53,481 nt of DNA from an uncultured Bdellovibrionales bacterium (GCA_964643985.1 CAZXUS010000004.1:1-53481); one strand, 5' to 3'; positions 38,728 through 49,604 are shown, counted from the stretch's first letter. Made by a program: numbers and translations. The notes: generated by a model from the letters alone, not told the origin.

Positions 38728-39302
38728 AAATCTATTTTATAAACTTTATATTCAGTTTCCTTGGTTAAAACCAATTCTCGATTATTTTTATTTTTTAATT
38801 TCGCGAAAAGTTCGTCAGAAATTGGTGGATATTGACTGGATTGATAATGAGTAATTAGATTTATTGGAATAATTCCCAATCCTTGTTGAATTTCTTCTAT
38901 GTCATTTTCATAAAAAATATCTGTTAAAAACAAAGCGCCAGCTGAAGATCCTGAAATAGTTTTTTTGGCTAAATTATTTTTAAATTCTGGAAATTTTGCC
39001 AAAACATCTAAAAGCATTAAAGTGCTTCCCCCTCGAAAATGAACTGCGTCTGCCCATCGAAGTTGCTCAATAAAATCATTCTTATTAGCTAATTGAAATT
39101 CCAAATCAGCTCGCTTCAAATTATTCATAAAATTTTTTTGATTCCATTTATACTCTTCTTCCCAACGACTCTCCTCAATAGAAAAAAGACAAATCAAAAT
39201 TTTTGGATTTTCTAGCAAGTCTTTCAGCACTTCTTGATAGAATTTTTTATTATTTTCATTCCGCACGCTCGTCATTCCCCCATGTAATATAAATTTGGTC
39301 AT
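38724..39302 (-). CDS. Peptidase S51 (dipeptidase E) / class I glutamine-amidotransferase-like protein
   Basis: HFRGGST, GSSAGA, THY. Confidence 0.85.
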   Translation of the reverse strand: MTKFILHGGMTSVRNENNKKFYQEVLKDLLENPKILICLFSIEESRWEEEYKWNQKNFMNNLKRADLEFQLANKNDFIEQLRWADAVHFRGGSTLMLLDVLAKFPEFKNNLAKKTISGSSAGALFLTDIFYENDIEEIQQGLGIIPINLITHYQSSQYPPISDELFAKLKNKNNRELVLTKETEYKVYKIDL

Positions 39303-39406
39303 TATTTTTATTTATTATTTTCTAAATAATAGCAATTTTTGGACAATTTTGCAAAAAATAAAAACCATCTCACTCGAAGAAATGGTTTTTAAAATTTTAA
39401 TAGGCT

Positions 39407-40648
39407 CTACTGTATTGGCGTTGGTGTTCGAGCGGGGACTGGAGTTGTCGCTCGAGCTGGAATTGAGTTTTGAATTGGAGGAACAAAAGTATTATTAATT
39501 TGAAGCTTCTCTAAAACCACCTTTCTAGTATAACATTCTAAACCAGCTGAATGTTCACTCCAATTGTTATTGGATTCGCTATAATAACCATAACTTTTAT
39601 AATCATCCGTCAAAGAATCATCAGACGGCAAAGAAAAAACTGCACAAATTTCAAACTCGCCCGTTCGAACTATTCCATCGGATGTTGAAGCAATGACAAC
39701 TCGATATGAATAAGGTTGTTTAGTTTCTGGATCTTTAAGATTAGAACAAGAAGAATAGCTAGAACTTCCAAGCTCGCTCAAAGAAACTGGCAACTTCTTA
39801 AAATCTTCCGCGTAATTCTCCACACAATTAGACAAAGTGGAAAGATTTCTTTCTCTCTGGTTATCGAAAGTTCTTTTCCTTTCAGTGGCTGGCGAACCAC
39901 CTGCAAAAAATCCTAAAATAATGCCAATAATAACAATACTTGAAACTATTAAGCCAAAATATTTAAAAATGTTTCCTGAGATTGGATTTCTATATTGAAT
40001 TTTTTTCCGTTCTAAAAAGTAAAAACTAAAAATTATTCCTGAAATTACGAAAATAGTCAAAGCCTTCAAGAAGAATCTAGCACTAAGCTCTCCTTGTAAA
40101 AAAGTAAAAACTGTCGCTATTAAATCTCCGATAATTGTAATTGAAACAACCAACAAAACCAAATAAGTCAACCATTTTGTTAATTTTGTTTCGGTTTTTC
40201 CTTCGTCTCTAGCAAAACTTCTAAACCACAATCGCATTGAAATAAAATAGATTGGAAAAGCAATTATTAAAGCAGCAATTGAATAATGAATCGCATTGGT
40301 TGATATTTTGTTGGAATAATAACTAGCTGAAAGAGCATCTGGAAAATATTTATTAATGATTTGATAAAAAAGAGTTCCCAAGGCAGTTGCCACTACTCCC
40401 AGAAGAATAAAAGAAAATAAATTAAGAGCAATTTCAACAGTCGATGATTTTTTTCCAAAAGTGGATTGCATCGTATCGCTAGGAACTGGAGTTCCTAGCT
40501 CAATCAAAGCCTTACTATAAACAGCATCTATTTGACTTTCAGACCAACCGACTGCCAACAACTGTTCTTTAATTTGAACTTTTGTCGCGCCAGATTGAAT
40601 CATTTTTTTTACATAACTCGAAAGTGAATCTTTTGTTAAATTTTCCAT
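39407..40648 (-). CDS. Multi-TM protein (DUF5671-like) with pilin-like extracellular domain and Pro/Thr tail
   Basis: KWLTYLVL..IGDLI..FLQGELSARF; DPETKQPYSY..FEICAVF. Confidence 0.75.
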   Translation of the reverse strand: MENLTKDSLSSYVKKMIQSGATKVQIKEQLLAVGWSESQIDAVYSKALIELGTPVPSDTMQSTFGKKSSTVEIALNLFSFILLGVVATALGTLFYQIINKYFPDALSASYYSNKISTNAIHYSIAALIIAFPIYFISMRLWFRSFARDEGKTETKLTKWLTYLVLLVVSITIIGDLIATVFTFLQGELSARFFLKALTIFVISGIIFSFYFLERKKIQYRNPISGNIFKYFGLIVSSIVIIGIILGFFAGGSPATERKRTFDNQRERNLSTLSNCVENYAEDFKKLPVSLSELGSSSYSSCSNLKDPETKQPYSYRVVIASTSDGIVRTGEFEICAVFSLPSDDSLTDDYKSYGYYSESNNNWSEHSAGLECYTRKVVLEKLQINNTFVPPIQNSIPARATTPVPARTPTPIQ

Positions 40649-40663
40649 ATTTTTTGTATTAGA

Positions 40664-40707
40664 GGACTATTTCCGATCATTCTTTTTGCTGTGATTGAAA
40701 ACAATCC
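40664..40707. mobile_element. Minimal TIR-only copy of the MITE family
   Basis: ggactatttccgatcattctttttgctgtgattgaaaacaatcc = left and right ends of 430-594 joined directly. Confidence 0.75.
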
Positions 40708-40830
40708 TATTGATTAATTTTTATCATTATAGCACAAAAAATATTTTTAAAAAAATTAGATAGAGACAATAACCAATTTTTGTGCTATAATGTTCCAAGG
40801 TAAATTACATATAGAAAGGAGGTGTTTTTT

Positions 40831-41037
40831 ATGAATAGTCTAAATTCGTTCGATTGGATTGCCGTTTTACTGTTGGCCATCGGAGGTTTGAATTGGGGTC
40901 TAGTTGGAGTTTTTAACTTTGATTTAGTCGCCACTATTTTCGGCGATATGTCAGCCCTATCAAGAATTGTTTATACTGTCGTCGGTATCTCTGCCATCTA
41001 CGTTCTAACTCTCTCAATGAAGCTTAAAAAGAGTTGA
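40831..41037 (+). CDS. DUF378 family membrane protein
   Basis: IGGLNWGLVGVFNFDLVATIFG..SRIVYTVVG; SD AAGGAGGTG; GTGCTATAAT upstream. Confidence 0.93.
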   Translation: MNSLNSFDWIAVLLLAIGGLNWGLVGVFNFDLVATIFGDMSALSRIVYTVVGISAIYVLTLSMKLKKS

Positions 41038-41041
41038 GTCC

Positions 41042-41170
41042 CAATTCAAAAAAGACAGTCTTCTTTCGCGAGACTGTCTTTTGGTTTCCACGATAAATCG
41101 AATTCTAATTTAAAATATTTTTGCAATAAAAAAGACGAGGGTTTTTCTCAAAAACCACTCGCCAGTTATT
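41042..41170. repeat. Left direct repeat: back-to-back terminator module
   Basis: Aligns end to end with 51265-51389, including identical ggtttttctcaaaaaccactcgcca. Confidence 0.85.
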
Positions 41171-41196
41171 TCATTAACATTTTCTTGTCCTTTCCG

Positions 41197-42435
41197 CTAA
41201 AAATAAAGAATTAAGTTAGCCAGAAAGGCATTAACTTTGTCATATTTTCCCCAAAAAGATTCTTGAGGTCCACCAACCAGTTGCAAGCCAATTTCGACTT
41301 GCCAATAATCTTTGAAATAAATAATCTTAGGACAGACAAAATAATCCCCGTCATCCAAATTCATGGTTCCCTCCAGCTCTAATCTCCAACAACTTCCCGC
41401 TCCTTTTTCATAAGAAATCCGGGTTAACATCGAATTGTTCAAATCCCGACGAAAATCAGGCACTCTGACAATCGATTCATCAGAAGAAACAACTTTTTCA
41501 TTGGCATATTGAACCAAAATACTCAGGGTGTCAGTTGGAGTAAAAACTCCATCAAATTCCTTGCGAATTCCGACAACATATTGCCAAAAATTATCCCCGT
41601 GGTCTTGATCATAATATCCTAACTCACCTTTTAGGATATAACCCCTGTCAATTTCGCGAAGAGCTGAAAAGGCATAAACCTTTTCTTTCGAATAACGAAG
41701 CTCAAGGATAGCGCCGTTTAGTAGTCCGTAGGGATTGTAACTAACTCCGTCATAAAACGCGGCCGTTAAATCCCATTCTCGCCAGTTCACTCCAGCTCGC
41801 AATGCATACTGGAATTGATTTTCGTCAACCATTTCTTCCGCTGTAATTCCCAACGGAAAATCCTCCTCCCAACGACCTTTCGGAAGTTTAGAAGCAGTAA
41901 ATTTTGGCACCGCCACTATTTCCAAGAAATAATTTTCCTCATCAAATCGCAAATCAAAAGCAGAAATTCCAACTCGCTCCCAATCCGCTAAAAACATCCA
42001 GTCTCTTGGATTTAGAACATCCATCGGAGAAATTGTATCGGTCACTGACCAATCAGAAATTTGCTTTCCAATTTTTAAGCTGAATTTTTCTCCTTTCCAA
42101 TCAAAATAAGCTTTTTTAAAATTTACAGCCCATCTTTCATTTGATTCAACCATGCTATTAATTATTCCCGCCGCAAAATTTTCACTATCCAAGCGAAAAT
42201 CTCCTTCCAACACTAAGTTGGATGAATCATTGATTTCAACCACAACTTTGGGCTGAATTCTTGCTTCAAAATAGCTTTGCTTACTTTTTGAAGATTTTTC
42301 TTCATAAATGATCGCTTTAAATTCAGTTCTCAGGCTAAGCTCAGAAATAAAATCTTCCTGACTTTGATTAGCAAAAGCGAAACCATTCAAAAAAGAAAAA
42401 ACAACTAAAATTACAATTATTTTGATTATTTTCAT
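41197..42435 (-). CDS. Putative outer-membrane beta-barrel-like protein of the type found with MMPL/LolA-like genes
   Basis: Signal peptide, KIGKQISDW..SPMDVLNPRD, amphipathic beta strands, C-terminal Phe. Confidence 0.7.
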   Translation of the reverse strand: MKIIKIIVILVVFSFLNGFAFANQSQEDFISELSLRTEFKAIIYEEKSSKSKQSYFEARIQPKVVVEINDSSNLVLEGDFRLDSENFAAGIINSMVESNERWAVNFKKAYFDWKGEKFSLKIGKQISDWSVTDTISPMDVLNPRDWMFLADWERVGISAFDLRFDEENYFLEIVAVPKFTASKLPKGRWEEDFPLGITAEEMVDENQFQYALRAGVNWREWDLTAAFYDGVSYNPYGLLNGAILELRYSKEKVYAFSALREIDRGYILKGELGYYDQDHGDNFWQYVVGIRKEFDGVFTPTDTLSILVQYANEKVVSSDESIVRVPDFRRDLNNSMLTRISYEKGAGSCWRLELEGTMNLDDGDYFVCPKIIYFKDYWQVEIGLQLVGGPQESFWGKYDKVNAFLANLILYF

Positions 42436-42456
42436 TTCACCCTCCTTTATGTTCTT

Positions 42457-43215
42457 TTAATCAAAAAACTTTTTAGTGAATATCCAACTTGGAATTTTTG
42501 GATTAATTTCTCTCTTAACCACCTTAAAAAAAGTGGTTCTGGCCAGAAAATTGTTTTTAATAATCACCAAATTGGGTCGCCAGGCTTCACCATCAAACTG
42601 AATTTCTTGGTTAGTCTGAACTTTTTCTACTTGACCTGATTTCCAATATACAATTTCCTCCACCGCCCAGGTATTTTGATTAATTTTGAAAACTCTTTTT
42701 TCGTAAACTGGGTTTTCAAAAGAATCCTTAGGACAAGCTTCAATCCACCAATAGTCCTGATTATCCTTCTTGATTTTATAATCATAATCAGCAATATTTT
42801 CTCCAGACAACTGATCGGTATCCTTATAGGTAAAATCAGTTCCAACAAAAGGTTTTCCTTGATTCTTAGTTGCCACCGATCGGGACTTACTCCAAGATTT
42901 CATTCGAAGATCAATTGTAGAACTGCTAACTTCTCTTGAAATCTGTAATTTAGTTCCTTTAATTCTTCTCGGTGCCGTCAACTCGATTGATACAATATCT
43001 TTATTCTCTGAAAAACTCATCCAGCGAGTTAAAGCTTTTTTTTCTTCAAAACCGCTTTCATATTTAACGGTTATCTCAGCTTCTTCAACTTCAGTTTCAA
43101 TTTGACGAAAATTTTCCCAACTTTTTGTAACGATTTCTGTCGCTGTTAAAGCCTGAGCGTTTGAAGCGAAAAAAAACAGCCCGATTACCATAGCCATACC
43201 AATGAATGTTCTCAT
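42457..43215 (-). CDS. LolA-like outer-membrane lipoprotein-sorting protein
   Basis: Signal peptide (AQA), AP..IKGTKL, FVGTDFTYKD, IFTKKFF. Confidence 0.85.
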   Translation of the reverse strand: MRTFIGMAMVIGLFFFASNAQALTATEIVTKSWENFRQIETEVEEAEITVKYESGFEEKKALTRWMSFSENKDIVSIELTAPRRIKGTKLQISREVSSSTIDLRMKSWSKSRSVATKNQGKPFVGTDFTYKDTDQLSGENIADYDYKIKKDNQDYWWIEACPKDSFENPVYEKRVFKINQNTWAVEEIVYWKSGQVEKVQTNQEIQFDGEAWRPNLVIIKNNFLARTTFFKVVKREINPKIPSWIFTKKFFD

Positions 43216-43242
43216 TTTATTCTCCCTCTATTAATTTGGTTG

Positions 43243-43276
43243 GGGATGAGTCTGATATTATTATCAGACTCATCCC
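43243..43276. other. Perfect 15-bp intercistronic hairpin
   Basis: gggatgagtctgata-ttat-tatcagactcatccc; no U-tract on the coding strand. Confidence 0.7.
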
Positions 43277-43281
43277 ATTTT

Positions 43282-45783
43282 TTAATTTATCAATTTTACT
43301 AATTTTGCCTCCTCAATTCCAATATCTTCAACTTTCTGAGAAGTTTTTTTAATGCACTTGAACAAAATCGCTGGCATTAGAACTAAAGCCCCAAAGCCAC
43401 AAGTAAACATCATAAAAACCAGTAAAACACCTGTCAGCGCTATCGGATTAAAATTAGAAAAAATAAGAAACGCAAAGCAAAAAGCATTGACTAAAATATC
43501 AACAATATTCACTTTCCCTTTTTCACAAATAGCAATTTTTAAAGCTTTTTGATAATTAGATCCTCCCATCAAAGCATCATTGAAATCATCAATGAAATGC
43601 AAATTGAAATCAATAGCGGCATTAATCGCCAAGGGTACAATACAAGCCATTGCTTGATCTAAAGGAATTTTGCACAAAACCATCAGATAGACAATACAAG
43701 CCGAAGAAAACACAAATGGAATCGCCATGGCAACCCCAGTTCTGATTTTATACAAAACATAAATTTGTTTTTTTTCATCAAGAAAACTGGAGCTTCTAAC
43801 TTTTAACCATAAAGAGCAACAAACCATAACTATAATAAAAGAAGTTATCATATTAGCTGGTTGCCTTTTTTGAATATACTTATCAGTTTGATGATAATAA
43901 TGTAAACGTCCAAAAGGCAAACATTTAAAATTTAGACCTCCTTTATCAATCAACTTTACCATAAGCTCAGCTTGTCTTTCTAATTGATTTGAATCATCAG
44001 CCAACAAAGATAAAATTATATTGATACCCTTTTCGTACTGAAGCTGATTAAAGATATTAAAACCCAAGTCCCATTCTATAGTGCTAAAAATGTCCTGTAC
44101 TTGTTGACGTGTTTCCGGAAAATCCAATCCGTATTGCCTTTTTGAAATAAAAAGCACCGTATCAACGATTGATTTGGAAGTTTTAATTCCTTCTATTTCT
44201 TGCGCCTTCTTTTGCAGATAATAATAAGCCCTAATAACTTCTGGATCATATACATCCCCCTCTTTAACTTGAACCAAAAAAGATAACTTTCCAAACCCAT
44301 ATCTATCCTGTTGATTCAAGAACAATCTAGCTCTATCAACAATCGTCCCTTTTAGATAATCAATCGGGTTGGTGCCTGTTTTAATATAAGCTTGTCTATT
44401 GATATCAAAGTTTTTATAAACCCAAAAATCATGACCAACAAATATCAAAGCTCCAACAATTACAACTAAACTGAAAATAGTTGCGAGCCAAAATGTTTTT
44501 TGACGTGGAAAGTAGGTTAGGATCCGATAAAGACCTTCAGTAACATTAACCAGAAAAATCTCTCCCATCTTAACAATCCGATTTTTTTCTTTTTCAACAA
44601 CGTCACCTCCAAAGATCACCTGCAAAGCCGGTAAAAGCCATCTAGTCATAACAACTAAATAAAAAATGCCGATGGCTGATAAAATTCCCATTTCAATTAA
44701 GCCCCTGTTTTCTATTGAATACAAAGTTAAGAAGCCAAAAATAGCAATAATTGCAACAATGTAAATTTTACCGTTAAACCTTCTGGTTTTCTTCCAAATT
44801 TCTTGAGGCAAAAGTTCTGGAAATTTTTCTCGATAAGAATTATAAGAATCAAACTTTCGAGTCGAAAAAGAAATTCCGGCAATAATAATAGCCGTAAAAA
44901 CAAACAACATATAAACTCGCTCTTTAATTGCTTCCCCCGCCAATTTAACATCCAACAAGAACAAGTATCCGACTGTTCCTCGAATCCAAAATAATCCGAG
45001 CACAATAATCAGCCAACAATAAAAAGATTGTTTTATGGAACCATTTAAAGGATAAAGAACGAATATTACTAAAAGCAATCCTATTGTAGAAAACTTAAGG
45101 ATATCAGAAATTAAAGCCGCATCCATTAATCCACGACCAAAAGGCCAACCCGAAACAAGAATTTTTTCATACTCAACCACTGGATAAACATCGCTCTTAA
45201 TAAACCACTCCCAAGTAATTACGTTTCTGTCTTCCAACAAAGACGCAATTCTATTCCGAATATCAATCTCGCTATAATTCGATGGTAAAAACACAATTAT
45301 TTGAGCATAATCAAAATTTTTACCAACAAGCACCTCGTAAACACCCGGATTTTTTTTGATTTCCGCTCTCCATTCTTCTAGATTCCAATCAGAATTTTGG
45401 AACATTTCTTCATTGACATAGGGGTATCCAAGCTCTCCTTTCTGCTTATAATCAATTGCCTTAGCTAAACTCAAAATTCCATACTCAGGGAAAAAATTTT
45501 TCACTTTTTTATGAAATTCCAACAAAAACAATAAATCTTCTTTGAGTAAGCCCTTTTCAAAAGGAAGAACAAAACTAAATTGATCTCCACCTTCAAAACC
45601 CTTGACGCCCAACTTCCGAACTTCTTGCTCAGACTGATAATAGAAATTTTTTTTATCCATAAGGCCATTACTCAAAAGCCCGCCTTTAGGACAAATCCAA
45701 AAACCATAAACCATAACCAAAGATATTAATCCAGTCACGATGAGAATAAACCATTCTTTTTCTTTCCTTAAAATTTTCATCAT
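43282..45783 (-). CDS. MMPL/RND-family transporter
   Basis: Two repeats of TM + large loop + 5 TM; AINAAIDFNLHF, FLIFSNFNPI..G. Confidence 0.85.
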   Translation of the reverse strand: MMKILRKEKEWFILIVTGLISLVMVYGFWICPKGGLLSNGLMDKKNFYYQSEQEVRKLGVKGFEGGDQFSFVLPFEKGLLKEDLLFLLEFHKKVKNFFPEYGILSLAKAIDYKQKGELGYPYVNEEMFQNSDWNLEEWRAEIKKNPGVYEVLVGKNFDYAQIIVFLPSNYSEIDIRNRIASLLEDRNVITWEWFIKSDVYPVVEYEKILVSGWPFGRGLMDAALISDILKFSTIGLLLVIFVLYPLNGSIKQSFYCWLIIVLGLFWIRGTVGYLFLLDVKLAGEAIKERVYMLFVFTAIIIAGISFSTRKFDSYNSYREKFPELLPQEIWKKTRRFNGKIYIVAIIAIFGFLTLYSIENRGLIEMGILSAIGIFYLVVMTRWLLPALQVIFGGDVVEKEKNRIVKMGEIFLVNVTEGLYRILTYFPRQKTFWLATIFSLVVIVGALIFVGHDFWVYKNFDINRQAYIKTGTNPIDYLKGTIVDRARLFLNQQDRYGFGKLSFLVQVKEGDVYDPEVIRAYYYLQKKAQEIEGIKTSKSIVDTVLFISKRQYGLDFPETRQQVQDIFSTIEWDLGFNIFNQLQYEKGINIILSLLADDSNQLERQAELMVKLIDKGGLNFKCLPFGRLHYYHQTDKYIQKRQPANMITSFIIVMVCCSLWLKVRSSSFLDEKKQIYVLYKIRTGVAMAIPFVFSSACIVYLMVLCKIPLDQAMACIVPLAINAAIDFNLHFIDDFNDALMGGSNYQKALKIAICEKGKVNIVDILVNAFCFAFLIFSNFNPIALTGVLLVFMMFTCGFGALVLMPAILFKCIKKTSQKVEDIGIEEAKLVKLIN

Positions 45784-45834
45784 CCATCTCCTCTTTATTG
45801 AAGTATATGATTATCTTTTTTTATTTAATTCTTC

Positions 45835-45887
45835 AGTTTTCAAGGTCCTAATACAACAAAAGTCAGCCTGTAATGACTAACTTTTTT
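45835..45887 (-). promoter_or_regulatory. Hairpin followed by boxA-like motif upstream of the MMPL operon
   Basis: Minus strand aaaagttagtcattacaggctgactttt ... GGACCTTGAAAACTG. Confidence 0.5.
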
Positions 45888-46023
45888 GTTTTTTTATTAA
45901 TTCGGAAAAACAATTTTTAGAATTTTGCTTCAATCTAATTTAATTGCTTTTCACTCCTTATTTATACATCATTTTAATCAATTTGTAAAGACCACAGATA
46001 TAAAATTTTGATTTTGATTTTGA

Positions 46024-48240
46024 TTATTTTAATAATTGAGGTTTAAAATCCTTTTTAAGCTCTACTATAAATTGACTGCCCTTCCCAACCCCGTCCGAAA
46101 TAGCAAAGACTTTTCCTTTATGAGCATCAACAATTTTCTTGCAAACATACAATCCTAAGCCAGTTCCCTCGGTATTCAAGCTACTACTTCCCTCTCCTCT
46201 TCTGAATTTATCAAAAATATACTCTACCTCTTCTTTTCCCATTCCCTTGCCGGTATCAGAAATTATTATTCTAATTTTACTTCCCGACTCTTTTACTTGA
46301 ACTTCAATCCCTCCTGTCGGCGTATATTTAATAGCGTTGTCTATTAAATTAGAAATAACCTCATGCATTTTACTTTTATCAAAAACAAAAGAATGAATTT
46401 TTTTAGTTGGTTTAATATATTTAATTTTCAAATTTTTATTTTCCGCTTCAAGATTAAAACCCTCAACAATTCCTTCCACCATATCAGCAATGTCATTATT
46501 TCTAAAAGCAAAAGTAAATTTCCCAAATTCAATTCTCGACAAACTCAAAAGATCATTGACCAATTTAATTAGTCTTTCATTTGAAATAAAAATTTTCTTC
46601 AAAGCAGTGTCAACTTCCTTTCCGATTCTTCCATAATCACCATCTCTAATCAAAGAAATATAGCCTTTAATTGAAGTCAATGGAGTCCTCAACTGATGCG
46701 ACGCAATTGAAATAAATTCATTTTTAGCCGAATCCAATTGCTTAAGACGTTTATAGGCCGCAGAAAGTTTTCTGTTCATAGCCGTCAAGTCAGTGTTGGC
46801 TTTTTCAACTTCTCCAGTAGCCTGTCTAACTTCTTTTCTTAAACGTACATTAAAATCCTTAGCCTCCGAATAAAGTTGCGCATTTTCAATTGCAATCGCG
46901 GCCTGTCCCGCAATAATTTCTAAAACTTGAAGATCTTCATCATTATAGGCTTCACCAGTTTCTTTTGATCCAAAAACTAAAAGACCAATTAAATCATTTT
47001 TTACTTTCAATGGAATTAACAATTCAATTTCCAACGATGCTAGCAATTCAATTAAATCCTTAGTTTTATCATTATAATGAAGACTTTTAAATTCTTCGAC
47101 AATAACTATTTGATTTTTTTTAATAAAATTATTTTCCATTACTAAGTTTTCAGCAAAGGTTTTTCTTTTTCTGATATTAAAACCTTTATTGTAAAGCAAT
47201 TTATAATTTTTATTTTCATCATTTCGAGCCAAAACACCGAAAGCTTTGGTATGCAAATTTTTAGAAAAAGTTGAATACAAAAATTCATAAACTTTATCAA
47301 TATTCAAAACAGTTTTCAAACCATTGCTAGTTTTCAAAATTAATTTTCCGCTGTCGTAAAGAGAAGTAAAAAAATATTTATTAGCTACTTTAAAAAATCT
47401 TTCTTTGACGTAGGGGAATGTGGCCGCTGCAAAGAAAATCGCCATCAAATCCGTCCAAAAAATAAACTCGCCTAAATATTTACTGGCGATAATTTTTACC
47501 ACCGAAGCCAAACCGAAAATAACACTCAAAGAGATAATATAGACAGAAGATTGCCGAATAACTAACTTAATATCCATAAAACGATAACGGACAATGGCGT
47601 AAAAAATAATTATAGTAAAAATCAAACCAGAAATATAAGCAAAAGGATAAATACCGATTCCATAAGCAGGTAAATAAGCTAGAGGACCAATAGTTGCTAA
47701 AATAAAAAATGCTACAAAACAATATTTGATTCTTTCTTTTTCAATTAAATTAGTTTGTTGCTTAAAATATTTAAAAACTATAATAAACCAAATCAGAATA
47801 TAGATAGCAAAATAAATCAAGAAAAAATGATGAAAAAATTGAGCCTTTGAATGAGCTCCCCATCTATAAATAAAAGCCCCATCTATAAATAAATCTGTTG
47901 GTAAAAGAGCAAGAAAAAAACCAGAAAATAAATAACCGACAATAACAAGAAAATTATTTTTTATAATTTTAAATTTCGTTAAAGCCAATCCAAAATGTAA
48001 CATCGCAACTGGAATAAAAATCACCCCAACATAAACAAATTTATCCCAAAAAATTATTTTTTCAGAATCTCCTTCATTGAAAAACATCATAAAAGTTCCA
48101 AACATCCAAATAGCAGAAAAAAGTGAAAAAAAAGCAAAAGTAATATTCAGCTTATTTCTCTTCCCTCTAATAAAAATCGCGATTCCCAAAAAAAACACCA
48201 CTATAGCACTAATCAAAGGAAAAATTGTTATTAAATTCAT
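46024..48240 (-). CDS. Sensor histidine kinase (7TM N-terminus, GAF, HisKA, HATPase_c)
   Basis: Multi-TM N-terminus, QAAIAIENAQLY, SHQLRTPLT, NLIDNAIKYT, DTGKG, GTGLGL; ATG 48240 preferred. Confidence 0.95.
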   Translation of the reverse strand: MNLITIFPLISAIVVFFLGIAIFIRGKRNKLNITFAFFSLFSAIWMFGTFMMFFNEGDSEKIIFWDKFVYVGVIFIPVAMLHFGLALTKFKIIKNNFLVIVGYLFSGFFLALLPTDLFIDGAFIYRWGAHSKAQFFHHFFLIYFAIYILIWFIIVFKYFKQQTNLIEKERIKYCFVAFFILATIGPLAYLPAYGIGIYPFAYISGLIFTIIIFYAIVRYRFMDIKLVIRQSSVYIISLSVIFGLASVVKIIASKYLGEFIFWTDLMAIFFAAATFPYVKERFFKVANKYFFTSLYDSGKLILKTSNGLKTVLNIDKVYEFLYSTFSKNLHTKAFGVLARNDENKNYKLLYNKGFNIRKRKTFAENLVMENNFIKKNQIVIVEEFKSLHYNDKTKDLIELLASLEIELLIPLKVKNDLIGLLVFGSKETGEAYNDEDLQVLEIIAGQAAIAIENAQLYSEAKDFNVRLRKEVRQATGEVEKANTDLTAMNRKLSAAYKRLKQLDSAKNEFISIASHQLRTPLTSIKGYISLIRDGDYGRIGKEVDTALKKIFISNERLIKLVNDLLSLSRIEFGKFTFAFRNNDIADMVEGIVEGFNLEAENKNLKIKYIKPTKKIHSFVFDKSKMHEVISNLIDNAIKYTPTGGIEVQVKESGSKIRIIISDTGKGMGKEEVEYIFDKFRRGEGSSSLNTEGTGLGLYVCKKIVDAHKGKVFAISDGVGKGSQFIVELKKDFKPQLLK

Positions 48241-48299
48241 TATATTTATTTTATAATTTTGATAATTATATTCTAGCAAATAATTTAAAAAAACAAAAG

Positions 48300-48334
48300 A
48301 AAAAGGCGTCCGAATTTTTAATCCGTCCGCCTTT
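48300..48334 (-). terminator. Intrinsic terminator with tandem GA internal loop
   Basis: Minus strand ggcg-ga-cggatt aaa aattcg-ga-cgcc tttt. Confidence 0.6.
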
Positions 48335-48404
48335 AACTATTTTTTTATAAAATCCAGTTCCCAAAAACATTTGCTTTCTTCCGAGAAAAACTCGGTTGAA
48401 GTTT

Positions 48405-49604
48405 TTAAGGTTGAAGTTTTAATTGAGAATTTTCCCTCATTTTTAGATCAAATGAGGTAATTCTTCTTTTAAAGCAAAATCCTGGAATTGGATGAGAAAT
48501 TCCCATCCGATTAAATAGATCTTGTATGATAGCCATATTCTTCAAACTGGTTTCCATCCAGTTTGTTTTCAAAATTTCCTCTTTTCGGATATTATTTTTC
48601 AAAGCGTAAGCTAGAGCCATTGCCTCGAGAAAACAACCGAAAAGAGTTCTCTGGCTTGGAAACCCAAAGGCCTTGGCCACAGTATCACCAAAAACATAAC
48701 TTAGTTTTCGACAGTAGCCATTACCGACAGTTACCAGAACCAACCTGTCTTCCATACTAAGGTAATCCTTGACAGAAAAGACGGCTGGCTGACAAACATC
48801 CAGCATTAACATTTTTTTGTCTTCCCGGCGAATCTGATCGATTCGCTCAGGAGTCGGGACACTTTTCCCAGCGTGAGCACAATTAACAAACGCATCAACC
48901 TTACCCATCTCTGAATAAGAATCCACTATTTGCAAACCAAATTCTTGGGAAATTTTCCGAAGCGCTTTTTTGTTATTACCAATCGCCACCAGATTTTGAA
49001 AACCTTGAGCAACCAGAAATTCTAATGTAGCCCTTCCCAGCGTCCCGTAAGGACAATTAATACCAATCCTATAAAAAACCTGAATACCAGATTTTTCGAA
49101 GGAATACCGGATCTGTCCCTGTTTAATTAGAAACGTTCCGTTATCGCCCTTAGTCCACAAAATATTCGGGTATTTTATTTTAAGTAGCTCAGCATTTTTA
49201 CCAAAAAGATGCTTCGTGCTAGCAGCTAAAAGTCCGACTCGGGGGTTACGTTTGGCTGCCCAAGCTATCGCTTTCAAAAAAGTCTCACGAGCTTTCTCTT
49301 TGGCTGGACCAGAGATTTCAGAATTTGGATTATCCATTTCATCAGCATACACGGTCATCGCCCGTGTCCTACCAGAAACGGCTTTCAAAGAAAACTTATT
49401 CCACCAAAATCTCGGGCCATTGAAATGGCCTTCTGTTGGATTCCATTCTCCAGTGAAAGATACTTTATCTTGATGATGCCTCATATTAGTAATCATGATG
49501 GCATCAATTTTTGTAGCCATATTCAAAATGAATCTGAGAGTCGTTCTCCAATCAAGAAGAGCCATCATAATTCTTCCCAAATGACCTTTGAGTGTTGAAA
49601 TCAT
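48405..49604 (-). CDS. Acyl-ACP reductase-like / COG5322-type NAD(P)-dependent enzyme
   Basis: GLLAAST..TKGDNGT..PYGTLG..LDVCQP..QRTLFGCFLEAMAL parallels the motif order of cyanobacterial AAR; start moved to ATG 49604 after SD AAGGAG. Confidence 0.65.
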   Translation of the reverse strand: MISTLKGHLGRIMMALLDWRTTLRFILNMATKIDAIMITNMRHHQDKVSFTGEWNPTEGHFNGPRFWWNKFSLKAVSGRTRAMTVYADEMDNPNSEISGPAKEKARETFLKAIAWAAKRNPRVGLLAASTKHLFGKNAELLKIKYPNILWTKGDNGTFLIKQGQIRYSFEKSGIQVFYRIGINCPYGTLGRATLEFLVAQGFQNLVAIGNNKKALRKISQEFGLQIVDSYSEMGKVDAFVNCAHAGKSVPTPERIDQIRREDKKMLMLDVCQPAVFSVKDYLSMEDRLVLVTVGNGYCRKLSYVFGDTVAKAFGFPSQRTLFGCFLEAMALAYALKNNIRKEEILKTNWMETSLKNMAIIQDLFNRMGISHPIPGFCFKRRITSFDLKMRENSQLKLQP

